From assembly GCF_009914755.1 (NCBI RefSeq), contig NC_060931.1: DNA of 64,000 nt. One strand, written 5' to 3'. Position numbers and translations under genes: made by a program. Positions 18,884-38,107 of the stretch are shown here, in pieces. The first letter of the stretch is position 1, and each line of letters begins with the position of its first letter. The stretch comes from the human T2T-CHM13v2.0 reference genome, Homo sapiens. Under the pieces are notes generated by a model that saw nothing but the letters and a program-made list of their open reading frames with translations, made no database searches and was not told the DNA's origin.

Positions 18884-20126
18884 CAGATTGAGTATCCCTT
18901 ATCTGAAATGTTTGGAACCAGAAGTGTTTTGTGTTTTGGACTTTGGAATATTTGCATATATGTGAGATATCTTGGGCATGAGACCCAAGTCTAAACATGA
19001 ACTTCATTTATGTTTCATATATCTTATACACAAAACCTAAAGGTAATTTTATATAATATTTCAAATAATTTTGTGCATGAAACAAAGTTTGCATACATGG
19101 AACCATCAGAAAGCAAAGGGGTCACTATCTCAGCTACCATGTGGAAAATCTGTGGCTGTTTGACATCATTGACCATCATTCCTGACTCTGAATTTATTAT
19201 GCTGCTGATGAGCAATCATTTTCATATGCTTATAAAATATGACATACCATTAATACAGTAAGAAAGTAATAAGTAGCATAGTAGAATCACCAGAATACCT
19301 GCATCAGCTGTTAAACAGCTGTACAAACAATGGCAGGCTTTCAGACTCCACCTACAATGCTGCGTTTTGATTAAAAGGTTACTATACACTGTATTTTTTT
19401 TTCCTTTTTCAGGTGAGAAGAAATATCAGAAGCAGCTGAGCAACTAGGAAGCGGGTCCTCTGAGACTGAAGAGGCATTCGGCCAGATGACTTTTAAATGT
19501 TTCTCCAGAGTCATCTGCTTCATTAACAATGGCTTTTGTCTTGGAAGGCTCTCTTTGATTTTATAAACTGACATGACCTCTTGTTCTGTTATGAATGCAG
19601 GTAGCTCTAGTCCTTCAATATCTCTATCACACATTTTCACCATGTCATCTATACCTTTATACTACAGTCCAGTTTCTCCTACAGCTTGACTTTCTGTGTT
19701 ATAAGTGTTTCTACTTTTCCTTATCACTGCTGCTCATAGAAATATCTACAGGTCTTTTTGACATTTTCAGTATCTTAACACCACAGAGCAGAAAATAAGC
19801 AAAAATACACAATGGATAATGCACATAAGTCCCATCTGTGGGGATCCTGCCAATGGCGTATCCAGCTTGAACATGTGCCATTCTATTACCCTTTGTGGGC
19901 GTGCTTGCATGGGGAAATCCGGGCATGTGTAGAAAAGTTATACTGCAGCTGAAGCGGGCTGAGAGGGTCTTTTTTCCCTAGGGAACGCCAAATAAACTGC
20001 GTGTTTTACACCTGCATTTTGACTGTGACATCAAAATGCACATGTAATGTCATGTCAGTGCTCAAAAAGTTTCAGATTTTGGAGCATTTCAAATTTCAGA
20101 TTTTCAGATTAGGGATGCTCAACCTC
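18884..20126 (-). mobile_element. Internally deleted Tigger4 (Zombi)-like DNA transposon
   Basis: TIRs cagattgagtatccct / agggatgctcaacctc flanked by TA; transposase remnants MSKRPVDISMSSSDKEK and MVKMCDRDIEGLE...FITEQEVMSVYKIKE. Confidence 0.85.
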
Positions 20127-22078
20127 TAAATTTAAGTTAAGATAATAGGTTGCCTGGTTGCCATGACACTAAAAAACGTGTCTTCTGCAACTATAAACTT
20201 TTGATTTGAGAAGATAGTATTGGCTAAGAAGTTCCTCCAGTTCAGCTTCAAAGTCCTAGCTATAAAAATGTAAAGCAAAGGGACAAACATCATTTGGCAT
20301 CATTCCCTGAAAAATAAATGGCTCCATCACAATAACAGATACATGATCCAAAACAAAGCTGCTGGTCCCCAGGGGTGGATGACAATGCCCAGTGCTTCCA
20401 CCACTGCAGTAGCATTAAAGCTACTCCTTACTGATAGATAAAATGACGGTGGCGCTTTATTAGTCTGCATTCCCCAAAAGAACAGCAAAGGGACTGTCTG
20501 CCACTGCATGCAGAGTAAGAAGGTTTGATTAGGCTACTCCCCAATTCTGACACTCTCCACCATCAACGGCAAACTATGAGCCATTAATGGCAAACTATGA
20601 GGATGAAAAGTCCTTGATGTATTCCTCTTTCTTCTTTGTACTCGGGTTTTTGGCTGACATTAGAGAAAGAAGAGGTTTAAATCAGGTGGAAATCCTAGAT
20701 AAGCTTAAAACATGCTTTCAAATTTCAAAAAGTAAACCTATTATGTATGTGCATGACCCATAAATATGCTTCACACTCCATCCAACTCACTCCATAATTT
20801 GTGAATCTTTTGTCTATAAGTCCTCACTGAACTGTCCAAAAATGGGCTTTGCCTCCAGTGACTACAAAGTCACTACCTGGTCACCCCTCTCTGCTCTATC
20901 AGGGATGATCTGTAACTAGCAGGTGGGGGCCTGTAAACAGTCTTCTGCTGACTCTTCTGGGCTGAACTGCCTGAAGGGTTAGTGACCATAAAGCATTCGG
21001 TGATATTAGTAAGCAACAGCTTCCCAAATCTACCTTACCCACCTCTTTGGCCTAAACTTTGCAGGTAACTTATTTAAAAAGGAGAAGGGTCCTTTGGGTA
21101 ACGGATGTATTACTTCCTACTCTCCTAAAACCAAACTCCAATGCTGCACCTTAAATAAAAGCCCTCAAATCTTGCCTCCTGACGTCATGCTGTCATTTGA
21201 CTTGGCTGCAGGCCCCTGATACTCCCCTGCAGGGAGAGGGCCTGCTCTTTGCCCCAGCCTTTACCCCATTCCTCCTTTCTTTCATTCAGTCTCCTTCTAC
21301 TCCCAGTACACCTCTGGCTGTATTTTATTGTAGTGGTAAACTTTATTTTTACCAAAAAGGAGGTGTGGGGGGGATTTCTGAATACTTTATATAAGCCTAA
21401 AGTATACATTCTGCTCATTAGACAGACTGCTAGCTGCCCCAACTACATAAACTTAGATGCTTGGTAGAAGCAATGGAACAAACTTCTCTACTTTTACAAA
21501 TATAACATTTGGCTAATTTAGAATAGAAATTAATTATTTTCAAAATATTTAACTTCTTGTAACTTTTTAATAAAAGAAATAACACTGTTCAAGTGAAACA
21601 GGGCACTTCCTATTTCATTTAAGGGGAAAGCCAAGCTGATAATGCCATAATACCACCTAGCGTTCTCATGTATATGACATTATTTGACTTAGAAAAAATT
21701 TTTAATACTCTCTTCTTCTACCTCCCACTAGCAGGAAATTCCATTCTTGCCTTTCCTTTTCACCATTTCATCTCCAATCACCTAGAAAAATGATGTCTGG
21801 TGCATAGTAGACCCTTAATAAAGGAATAAAGAAATGTGTAAAAGGAATTTCCTGAATAACTATTTTAAAACTTTTTAAATGAGAAGACTATTATTAAGAG
21901 TCTTCCTATGAGCAGGCAACAAACAATGACAAAAGCTATTGTTCACAGATAAAAATGTCCAAAATGTGATTAGGATGTAAATCTCTATCAATGCCTGACA
22001 GGTATCTATCAAGAAGTCTCAAAAAATACCAAGAAACATACCAACCAAATGCATGAACCTTGAATGAAATCTGGCTCA

Positions 22079-22411
<333 letters not shown>

Positions 22412-22573
22412 TCATTTAAGTATTAACTGGATATTAGGTGGTATTATGGACTCTTAGGTTTAATAATGGCATTGATGTTATGTAGAAGAATGTCCTTATT
22501 CTTAGGAGATAAATGCTTATATATTTAGGAGTGTCATAATATCTGCACTGTACTCTCAAATGATTCAGCAAAA

Positions 22574-22576
<3 letters not shown>

Positions 22577-22609
<33 letters not shown>
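22577..22609. repeat. (TG)n microsatellite
   Basis: Pure TG run. Confidence 0.97.
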
Positions 22610-22612
<3 letters not shown>

Positions 22613-22912
22613 AAGAAAAATCAAGCAACTATGGCAAAACATTAATGACTATTTAATCTAGGTGCTTGTTGTTCTGTTCTTTACTGTATGTTAGGAATTT
22701 TTTCAAAATGAAAAGCTGGGGAGAAGGAGAAAAAATTCTAAGAGTCAATGAAACTGAACTGTAATCCCCATTTTTATCACTTTTTTTGTGACCAAGTCAT
22801 TTCACTCACCTTTTTATTCATCAGTTCCCTATTTACATACTTAGAGCAAATGAGATAACGAACATAGAGTGCTTTGCAAAGGAAAAAGCATGATACAGAA
22901 TATGTAACATCA

Positions 22913-23233
<321 letters not shown>

Positions 23234-23842
23234 CTATAAGCTTTCTATGGAGAGAAAAGCAGACAAATCAAAAATATTCAATATCCAGTCCAACTCTGCA
23301 TTAAATCTTGATTCCGGAAACGTGCATAAACCACTTCAAAGACTAAAATTTAAACCATCTTTTCTATAGCGATTTCCCATTAGGTTGGCAGGCACATGGG
23401 AGTAGAGAATGATTTAATTTACTTACAGGTATTCGGAAAAGATAGTGACCTCTACATTCAACCGGCTACAGCAGCTTAGCACCTAGCCAAAGCCTGCATC
23501 TCTCCCACCTTAGGATTTAGTGGTTGGCTAGAGCTGACAGCGTCCATGCCACATCTGTCTCTGCATTCTAAGTTTGCTTCCAAGATACAGATACAAATGC
23601 AGGCTGGCTCCAACCTAGCCAGAGATCCTAGCCCCACTCTCACCATCCCAAAATCCCTCAAAGATCCAACAGACTTTCCAGATTACTAGAGTCTCCTCTC
23701 AGGTTCCCTTGACAGTTTAATGCCCTCTTTATCTGAACTAGCTGCAGGTACCATATAATGGGTACAACAGAAAATCATACTGCTGTAAGTGTAAAAGATA
23801 CGCAGCTCTTTCAAGCATTTCACTATATTACATCTAGGTTAC

Positions 23843-23878
23843 CTTCAAGTGATTTATTCAGATGTGATTGAAGAAAAT
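23843..23878 (-). other. ASNS: ASNS exon 2 (36-nt non-coding)
   Basis: Strong polypyrimidine tract + ag (ttttttttccctttag|ATTTTC) and GAAG|gtaacc donor; size agrees with my recollection of the 5'UTR. Confidence 0.8.
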
Positions 23879-24183
23879 CTAAAGGGAAAAAAAAAACAAT
23901 TTAATTTGATATCAGATATCCTGGCTTTATAACAAATAAAACATTTCAAGTTAATAGAAGATACAAAATATTCACTATCAAAATGTCCTCACTGACAAAA
24001 ATGTTCTCAAATATTTCTGTCTCAAAGTTGCATTGTTCAGTAAGGAAGCAAAGTAGGTGAGACATATACACCAACAACATCCCTAATAAAAAACTTAGCT
24101 CATCCCTATAAGCCCGGAAGCAAATAAATCACCCTTACATACGTTAATTACTTTCCAATTTCAAATTCTCAACTGTGAAATAA

Positions 24184-24369
<186 letters not shown>

Positions 24370-25097
24370 TAATTAAAACATCTCTAACTTGAAAAATAAC
24401 TATTTTGGTGTTTTTTTTAAAAAAACTGCGAATTGCAGCAAATGCCCAAATAGTTTGGGATAAACACCCTAAGGAAAAAATATACATTCAAGTTGCATAA
24501 GTCACTTTGAGCTATTCTTTGATGATATTTCATTTATATCTAAAAGAACCAAAGGTTTAGCTGGCTTTTCCGGAAAACCAGAACCAAATAATATATGGTT
24601 AGAATGAAAATCATCTCAAGCAATTTGGAAATGAAGTACCACATGTCCTATGCTGTCTCTTCCATGCACTTGACCAAATAGCCCAAATAGCCTATAACAA
24701 ATTATTTGAGATTTACTGGAAAAATTCCATAAGATTTAAATGAGATGACTACTAATAAGCCATCTGCCTTTGACTCTATATCAATTTAAAACGGGTTAGG
24801 AAAGTGCTTTGAAAATCAAGTATGGTCATCAGGGAATCAGTTACCTAAGTCTTCTTAACGCTGCTTAGTGAATCCCTGTATTAATCCTGCTATAATAAAT
24901 ACATTCTAACCACTAAACTGGAGGGGAAAAAGGGAGAACAAAGAGGCATGTAAAGTACACTTATTTTTTCTAGTAGGAAAAAGCCAATTAAAACTATAAC
25001 CTATTATTTTTATTGGAATCAGTCTTATAGGAGGGCAAAGTTCCTACTGCCGCTACCTGTTCTCAATATTTTTCTTATTTCTTCCTAAACTTCTAGA

Positions 25098-25392
25098 ACA
25101 GTGCTGTCCAATAAATATATATGTAAGCCACATATGTAATTTTAAATATACTAGTAGCCCCATTAAAAGAAAAAGGTGAAATTAATTTTAAATAAACTTA
25201 ACTCAGTATGTCCCAAATAGTAACATTTTAACATATATGTAATCAATATAAAATATTATCGAGCAGATATTTTACACTGTTCTTCCTACTCCAACGACAA
25301 AATCCAGTGTATTTAACACAATACATCTCAGTTAGGACTAGCCAGCACTTCAAGTGCTCAACAGTTACAGGTGGCTAGCGCCTACCGAACTG
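25098..25392. mobile_element. MER33/MER3-like hAT relic
   Basis: cagtgctgtccaata...agccacatatgtaattttaaat...ggctagcgcctacc. Confidence 0.7.
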
Positions 25393-26380
25393 GACATGGC
25401 AGTTTCAGTGCATTTAATTTCTATTCCACTTAGTGCTACTTACAACTTCACCCTCTCCCTTTACTTTTATATTAAGATCTCAGTAAGTAACCAACTACAG
25501 ACAGGTTCAAGCCCTACTTTACCTCTAATTACTCTTACAGCAATGCTATGAATCATGATTTAAAATTTAAAAAAAAAAACTGCTGTTAAATTATTAGTCA
25601 AGCGCCCAGGGCAATGGACAGTAAAGAAATAATGTAGGCCACGGGCCGAGATGAAAACTGTCCTTTTTATTTAAAGCTATAACAATCATCTGAAGCCAGC
25701 CCTGCAAAATGACAGCCATTGAAAAAGGCATGCTAGTTCTTTTGCCTTTTTCTGTACTTGGTCGCCTGTGTCCCTAAACAGACCTCTTCTCGGCAGGGTT
25801 TGCTCAGCAAGTCACTTGATGAGTCTTGCAGTCTACAGAGACAGGTGGGGACTGGTGGGGATGGCGGGGTGAGAGGGGAGGAGGAGGGTGAGCGGTCCAG
25901 GTGAGGAGGGGGGCAGTTGAAGGTGAAAGCAGACACCGAGACGGTGATAAGGCCGCAGTCTCTTCCTAGATCAGGACCACGCGACACCTGACTGCGCCCT
26001 GGCCACGAGCACGATCCGACCCGTCCGCCGCAGGGACCCGGACCGCGAAAATGTCCACAGGCTTCGACGCCACATAGTAAAAAAAAGTACACATATAACA
26101 TTTACAGGGGCTCAAACTGCCGCTGCCTCCTCTCCGGAGCGGTCCGGCCTGCCGGCCGCGGTTCCCTCTCGATGCTTCAGGGAACCAGGACAGAAAGGTC
26201 CTTCCGCTAGCTGTCAGGTGCGTAACAATCGCTAGGCGTCCGCCCCGCCCTCCCTACCGCAGGAGCCGCAGCATCAGCAGGCGCCCGCGAACCGCGTCTC
26301 CCGGGTGCCAGGCTGAAGACCGCATCCTCCACCCCTTCCTTCCGGAGCAGCCCCAGGGCACGCGAGGAGGATGCTGGCGC

Positions 26381-26408
26381 GGGGCGCAGGGCACGGGGCG
26401 CAGGACCC
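26381..26408. repeat. 14-bp tandem repeat in ASNS intron 1 (two-copy state)
   Basis: GGGGCGCAGGGCAC followed by GGGGCGCAGGACCC, next to the exon 1 donor. Confidence 0.75.
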
Positions 26409-26415
26409 GGCTCAC

Positions 26416-26473
26416 CTGGGCGTAAGCAGGTCAGGGTGATGTGGCGGGCTGAGGCCAGGGATGTGGACAGCTT
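26416..26473 (-). other. ASNS: ASNS exon 1 (non-coding; TSS approximate)
   Basis: CAG|gtgagc donor at 26415; TSS inferred from TATAA at 26498-26502 and NSRE positions. Confidence 0.8.
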
Positions 26474-26497
26474 GACGGGCGGCGAGGCCGCTGGCGC

Positions 26498-26502
26498 TTA
26501 TA
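26498..26502 (-). promoter_or_regulatory. TATA-like box (TATAA)
   Basis: cggTATAAgcg, about 25-29 nt upstream of the inferred TSS. Confidence 0.7.
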
Positions 26503-26515
26503 CCGACCTGGCTCC

Positions 26516-26521
26516 TGTAAC
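26516..26521 (-). promoter_or_regulatory. NSRE-2 (GTTACA)
   Basis: Exact match with the known 11-bp spacing from NSRE-1. Confidence 0.9.
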
Positions 26522-26532
26522 GCGTGCGGGAA

Positions 26533-26541
26533 GTTTCATCA
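26533..26541 (-). promoter_or_regulatory. NSRE-1 / C/EBP-ATF response element (TGATGAAAC), ATF4 site
   Basis: Exact match to the known ASNS NSRE-1, 11 bp from NSRE-2. Confidence 0.95.
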
Positions 26542-26569
26542 TGCCTGCGAGGACCAACCAGCGCGCACA

Positions 26570-26620
26570 GGGGCGGGGCCGCGGGGTGTCCGGGGCGGAG
26601 CAGGACTAAGTGGGGCGGCG
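26570..26620. promoter_or_regulatory. Three GC boxes (Sp1/Sp3)
   Basis: GGGGCGG at 26570, 26592 and 26612. Confidence 0.85.
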
Positions 26621-26883
26621 GAAGGGCGCAAGGAGGAGCTCTTTTGTTTCCAGCGCCTTGCGTCTCAGTGCGCCTGTTTAAGGATAGCCTCAGAGCTCCG
26701 CCCAGGCTACCTGCTGTTCTGACAATTAGGGAGGCTTCTGAACTTGGTTTGTTCTTCGGGAAATCATCACCGTTTTTTTGTTGCACTGCCGTCTGATTTA
26801 TTATGCAGTGCAGAGAAAAGCTTGTCCTAAGAAACTGATGCGTGAGGCCTAAAATGTCCTTATAAGATCTATTAATAAATCGG

Positions 26884-27145
26884 GGCCAGGAGCGGTGGCT
26901 CACGCCTGTAATCCCAACACTTTGGGAAGCCAAGGCAAGAGGATCACTTGAAACCAGGAGTTCAAGACCAGCCTGGGAAACACAGCGAGATCACATCTCT
27001 ATAAAAATTGGTGGCACACCATGGTAGTCCCAGCAACTCAGGAGGCTGAGGCAGAAGGATAGTTTGAGCCCAGGCGTTTGAGGCTGAGGTGAGCTCAACT
27101 CCAGCCTGGGCGACAAAGGGAGACCCCCATCTCTAAAACAATAAA
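26884..27145 (+). mobile_element. AluJ-like, immediately upstream of the ASNS promoter
   Basis: ggccaggagcggtggctcacgcctgtaatccc... Confidence 0.9.
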
Positions 27146-27989
27146 ATCTAAATCTAATTGATACATGAAGCCAAAATACATCAGTGGTCCTTAAACATTT
27201 TAAGTACAAAGATTCCTTTTAGAATCTCAAAAAGGATTTTGTCAACTTGCCTCCACAAGATGATTATGTGCTTTTAAGTATCTCTTTGATGAAGAAAAGA
27301 CATCACGATTTTTAAAAAGTATCATAACACTCTTAAATCGTATTTTACTAATTACATCAGCACCGAAATAAATTGAGAAATAGTAAAATTATATGTGCAC
27401 GACCTACTAAGATCAGACTACAGTCAATGCTTGGAGAGCATGCAGGTTTGATATCCCCATACAACGCATTCCTGACTAAATCAAAAACGCCAACAATTTA
27501 AAATCCCTAAGAACAGAAGATGGAGTAGTCGCTTAGTAGTTACAGGCAAGAGCAAAGATGAGAGATGACTTGTTCTAAGGTTCATTGTTGCTGGAAAGTT
27601 TTCAGTATCAAACAGACTTTGCTGTATCCTAATTGACGTACTTTAAACCTGAGAGCAATGTGGGAAAGTAGGTCTTCTATCTACATTTTACAAATGAAAA
27701 AATAAGACTCAGAAAAGTTGAGGGATTTATCCAAACACAGCTTCACAACAGTAGAGAACTGAGTCATAATCTGTGTAAACCCAGAGCCCATTTCCCGTAG
27801 CATCTTGCCTATGTAGTGAAAGACAGGTTCCCCTGCTTGGTGTGTTACCTAGTGTGCTTCCTTGTGCTGCGTATCTCCTGCTTGTCCGTCCAGAGCTCTA
27901 CACTTCTCCACCTCACTTTCTATCCTGGCTCCCTTGCCCTCCTCTTTCAGGGAGAGTGTGCAAAGGCAGACATTTCAAGGAGATGCAAA

Positions 27990-28748
27990 AGGTGAAATTA
28001 AAATTGCTAATGAAGTTTTGGCACCATTGTCATTGATAACATCTTATCAGGAGACAGGGTTTTGAGATCAACCGGTCTGACCAAAGTTTATTAGGTGGGA
28101 ATTTTCTCTTCCTAATAAGCCTGGGAGTGCTATGGGAGACTGGAGTTTATTTCACCTCTGCAGTCTCGACCATAAGAGACAGGTACGCCCCGGGGGGCCA
28201 GTTTAGAGACCTACCCCTAGGTGCGCATTCTCTTTCTCAGGGACGTTCCATGCTGAGAAAAGGAATTCAGCGATATTTCTCCCATTTGCTTTTGAAAGAA
28301 GAGAAATATGGTTCTGTTCTGCCTGGCTCACCGGCGGTCAGAGTTTAAGGTTATCTCTCTTATTCCCTGAACAATTGCTGTTATCCTGTTCTTTTTTCAG
28401 GGTGCCCACATTTCATATTGCTCAAACACACATGCTGTATAATTTGTGTACTTAACGCAATTATTACAGGTCCTGAGACGATATACATCCTTCTCGGCTG
28501 ACAGGATTAAGAGATTAAAGTAATGACAGGCATAGGAAATCACAAGGGTATTGATTAGGGAAGTGATAAGTTTAGTCCATGAAATCTTTACAATTTATGT
28601 TTAGAGATTGCAGTGAAGGCAGGCATAAGAAATTACAAAAGTATTAATTTGGGGAACTAATAAATGTCCATAAAATCTTCATAATCCACGTTCTTCTGTC
28701 ATGGCTTCAGCTGGTCCCTCCGTTTGGGGTCCCTGACTTCCCGCAACA
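27990..28748 (-). mobile_element. MER11 (HERV-K HML-8) LTR, truncated
   Basis: Minus strand begins TGTTGCGGGAAGTCAGGGACCCCAAACGGAGGGACCAGCTGAAGCC; about 760 bp, and the 3' part of the LTR is missing. Confidence 0.85.
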
Positions 28749-29212
28749 CAGCACAGTGCCTGGCACAAAAGAGTTGCTCAATAAATACATCAGGATGAAT
28801 AGATAAATACACGGATAGGCACTTTGAACTACAGATGAGCTTAAATACTTTGTGTTTTTCTTAGTCAAACATGTGCAATTAAGCATGTGATAAATGTTAT
28901 GATGACCACACCTGTGTCTTGCCTGATGTTCTTTGCAATCACTAAATGAAGTCAATTGTGCCTGTTTTGACAGTTCTATTTTCAACCTAATGATCTGTTT
29001 ATTTTAACTTCTGGCTGTTGGCTTTGTTTGGGTTTGTTAGCCTGACGAAGTGGTAGATATTGGTATTTGCTCTTTTGTTTAAATGTCACGAACTTTAAAA
29101 ATGCCTTTGCTTTTGGGAAGAAACCCTAGTTAGGACACCCTAAGCGGTCAGGATGATTTGGGTTCTGGTGCAGTAACGACAATCCCCAAATCTCAGTGGC
29201 TCCATGCAGTGA

Positions 29213-32040
<2,828 letters not shown>

Positions 32041-32167
32041 TTCCTTTCTCAAGGAACAGCAGGCCTGGGGAGAGATGATCACGGATGAGAGCAGCCCACA
32101 GGTTGTGAGCGCCAGGTGATGGCGTAGGATGCAGGAGGCTGCCAAGCAAGTATGAAAAGCCTTCTCT

Positions 32168-32328
32168 GGGCTGGGTGGAGTGGCTCACACCTGTAATCCC
32201 AACACTTTGGGAGGCCAAGGTGGGCAGATCACGAGGTCAAGAGATCGAGACTATCCTGGCCAACCAACATGGGGAAACCCCGTCTTTACTAAAAATACAA
32301 AAATTAGCTGGGAGTGGTGGCACACGTC
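32168..32328 (+). mobile_element. Alu left arm, broken
   Basis: Ends abruptly after the A-rich linker. Confidence 0.9.
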
Positions 32329-32340
32329 TCTAACAACCCA

Positions 32341-32470
32341 GCTCCCCAAGTGAGCAATTCCTGTCCCTTTTAAGGGCTCACAACTCTAAGGGGGTCCACA
32401 TGAGAGGGTCGTGATCATGAGAGAGTCGTGATCGATTGACCAAGAAGGGAGTACGTGACTGGGGCTGCAT
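32341..32470 (-). mobile_element. Short ERV1 LTR fragment (LTR2/HERV-E-like)
   Basis: gagcaattcctgtcccttttaagggctcacaactctaaggggg...tacgtgactggggctgcat; family from memory. Confidence 0.6.
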
Positions 32471-32499
32471 TCAGCAAACCCCATCTCTACTAAAAATAG

Positions 32500-33473
<974 letters not shown>

Positions 33474-33489
33474 ACCTATGACTTTCTTA

Positions 33490-33910
33490 TAACCAAGAGA
33501 ATATGGCAGAGGTGATGGGATGTAGTGATTATGTTAGATAGGATGTTAAGTTGTCTTGCTAGGAGGCTATCTTGCTGGCTTTGAAGATGTGAGCTGCCAT
33601 GTCATGAGTGGCCAGATGGAGAGGCCCATGTGGCAGGAAGCTGAGGACAGCAGGAACCTGGGGCCCTGAGACCAGCAGCCTGCAAGGAACTGAATGCTGC
33701 CAACAACCAGATGAGAAGGGAAGCAGATCACCAGTCAAGCCTCCAGATGAGAACTGAGCCCTGGCTGACATTATGGTTGCAGCCTTGCACTGAACCCAGC
33801 TGAGTCACGCTGGATTCCTGACCCACAGAAACCACGTAGTGATAACTGTGTGCTGTCTCAAGCCACAAAGTTTGCAGTAATATTGTTGCACAGCAATAGA
33901 TAACTAATAT
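33490..33910. mobile_element. MLT1-type MaLR LTR
   Basis: gaactgaatgctgccaacaacc...ttcctgacccacagaaac...gcaatagataactaata. Confidence 0.65.
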
Positions 33911-34198
33911 AAAAACTGTCCTACATCATGTACATTACTGAGCGAAATGTAGAACCTGGATTTAAGCTCTGATTTCAGAGTTGTGGTCTCAGTCTCCCCA
34001 GGGAGACCTGTCCTGGGAGACAGTTATGCCAGGCTGTGATGCTGTGATGATTGTTCTCTTCCTACCCAGAAGCTTTCAATAGGCATGTCAAGCATGTGAC
34101 CCCAGCTACATATACCAAATGTATTTCTGACAAATGCCAGGACATCGTGAGCTTTCTTGTTTTACTGAGAGCTCCATAAAGGAAGGATCATCTCTGTC

Positions 34199-36245
<2,047 letters not shown>

Positions 36246-36341
36246 TGACTTTCCCCCTCCAGAAAATCCAACCTTTTCCCAAGTCACAGTGGGACACCCC
36301 GGAGTTAATTTGAGAGAAATGTGCTTTTAAAAACAACTCCA

Positions 36342-36625
36342 GGCCAGGCGCAGTGGCTCACGCCTGTAATCCTAGCACTTTCGGAAGCCGAGGCTGACGG
36401 ATCACGAGGTCAGGAGATCAAGACCATGCTGGCCAACATGGTGAAACCCCGTGTCTACTAAAAATACAAAAAATTAGCCGGGCATGGTGGCACATGCCTG
36501 TAAGCCCAGCTACTCGGGAGGCTGAGGCAGGAGAATCGCTTGAACCAGGGAGTCAGAGGTTGCAGTGAGCCGAGATCGCATCACTGCACTCTAGCCTGGA
36601 GACAGAGAGAGATTAAATAAATAAA
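36342..36625 (+). mobile_element. Alu
   Basis: Alu consensus; its tail region is duplicated (see findings). Confidence 0.93.
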
Positions 36626-36679
36626 TACCACTGATATGAACACCAAACTAGAATCACTCCATTGACTTACAGAGAGAGA

Positions 36680-36711
<32 letters not shown>

Positions 36712-37771
36712 ATACCACCGATATGAACACCAAACTAGAATCACTCCATTGACTTCCCTCCGCCAAGCAGGGGGAGTGATGGTGGTGGTGCATGAGTGTC
36801 TATTTGCATTGAGTCGTAATGGAAAATGTTGTGTCACTCAAAGGAAAAACAAATCACAGCCCAGACTGGAGCTGTGGATGAAAAACATGGCTGAGTGTTG
36901 GTACAGGCTTTCCACAGCAATATTAAAACTGAAAAAATCAGCAATGAAGCTCCCAGCCACATTTCTGCCAAATGATTTGGGGGAAAACAACAGAGGCACT
37001 CCTCAACTTTTCCTTCGCTGCACAAAGTGGGTTTGGCTGGAAATGCCAAGTGTGCTTGTTGCTGGGATCTTTCAAATGGAAGCAAGCTGGGAGTCAACCT
37101 CCTGCAGCCGCAGGCCAGAAATGGGTTTAGGCCAAACTATTATAGTAACACTGGTGCACATCTAAACAGATTTAACTCCCTCACAGCAATCCAGATTAAT
37201 TTAATATGCTTTCTTATTGGCATTCTGCATTTCTCATTAAAGCAAATAAACATTCATTCCTCTGTGATAAATTAGGGCAAAAAAAAAAAATTCATATGTC
37301 TAGGGCATAGGGAAGGAGGAGTTGTTGGCTGTTAAAAAAAATACTGCAAATGGCCTTTGAAAGTCTAGACATCTTCATCATAAACACAAACATTCCTCTT
37401 CACAAAGGGACCTCAAGTAACCTTAGGCTGGAGGGCCCACTTGAGTATGTTTTTCTTCTCATTCTTTCTTACCTTCCCTCCAGCCCACCCAACCCACATT
37501 CAGTGACCAAGTCACGTGGGTTTTACCTCCTAAATCTTTTCAGATCCGTTCACTGCTCAGCCACTCTCCTGACACCACTATAAACCAAGCCACCATCACC
37601 TCCAGCTGTTTGACTGCAAATGCCTCCTCACTGGCCTCTGTCTTCCCCTGGCCCTGTGACAATCTGCACTCTTCACAGGGACCAAAGCGATCACTTCAGA
37701 AGGTGCATCCAAACCGATTACTCGCTTTCAATGGCTCCCTCTGCTGTGTCGGTTAACAATGATAAAAGCTC

Positions 37772-38107
<336 letters not shown>

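Larger units (their letters stand above)
25860..26710. promoter_or_regulatory. CpG island over the ASNS promoter, exon 1 and start of intron 1
   Basis: Visibly high GC and CpG density against AT-rich flanks; edges approximate. Confidence 0.9.

Noticed and set aside
19371-19926. Possible domesticated transposase gene
   Set aside because: Only short N- and C-terminal remnants of an internally deleted Tigger; no continuous ORF.
20568-20601. 13-bp direct repeat GGCAAACTATGAG x2
   Set aside because: Ordinary micro-duplication with nothing further to support a function.
26412-26933. 173-aa ORF across the promoter
   Set aside because: Starts in an Alu and stays open because GC-rich sequence has few stops.
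36749-37275. 138-aa and 82-aa ORFs in sequence I could not assign to a repeat
   Set aside because: No recognisable homology or exon structure, and neither starts at ATG; I cannot exclude a non-coding element here.
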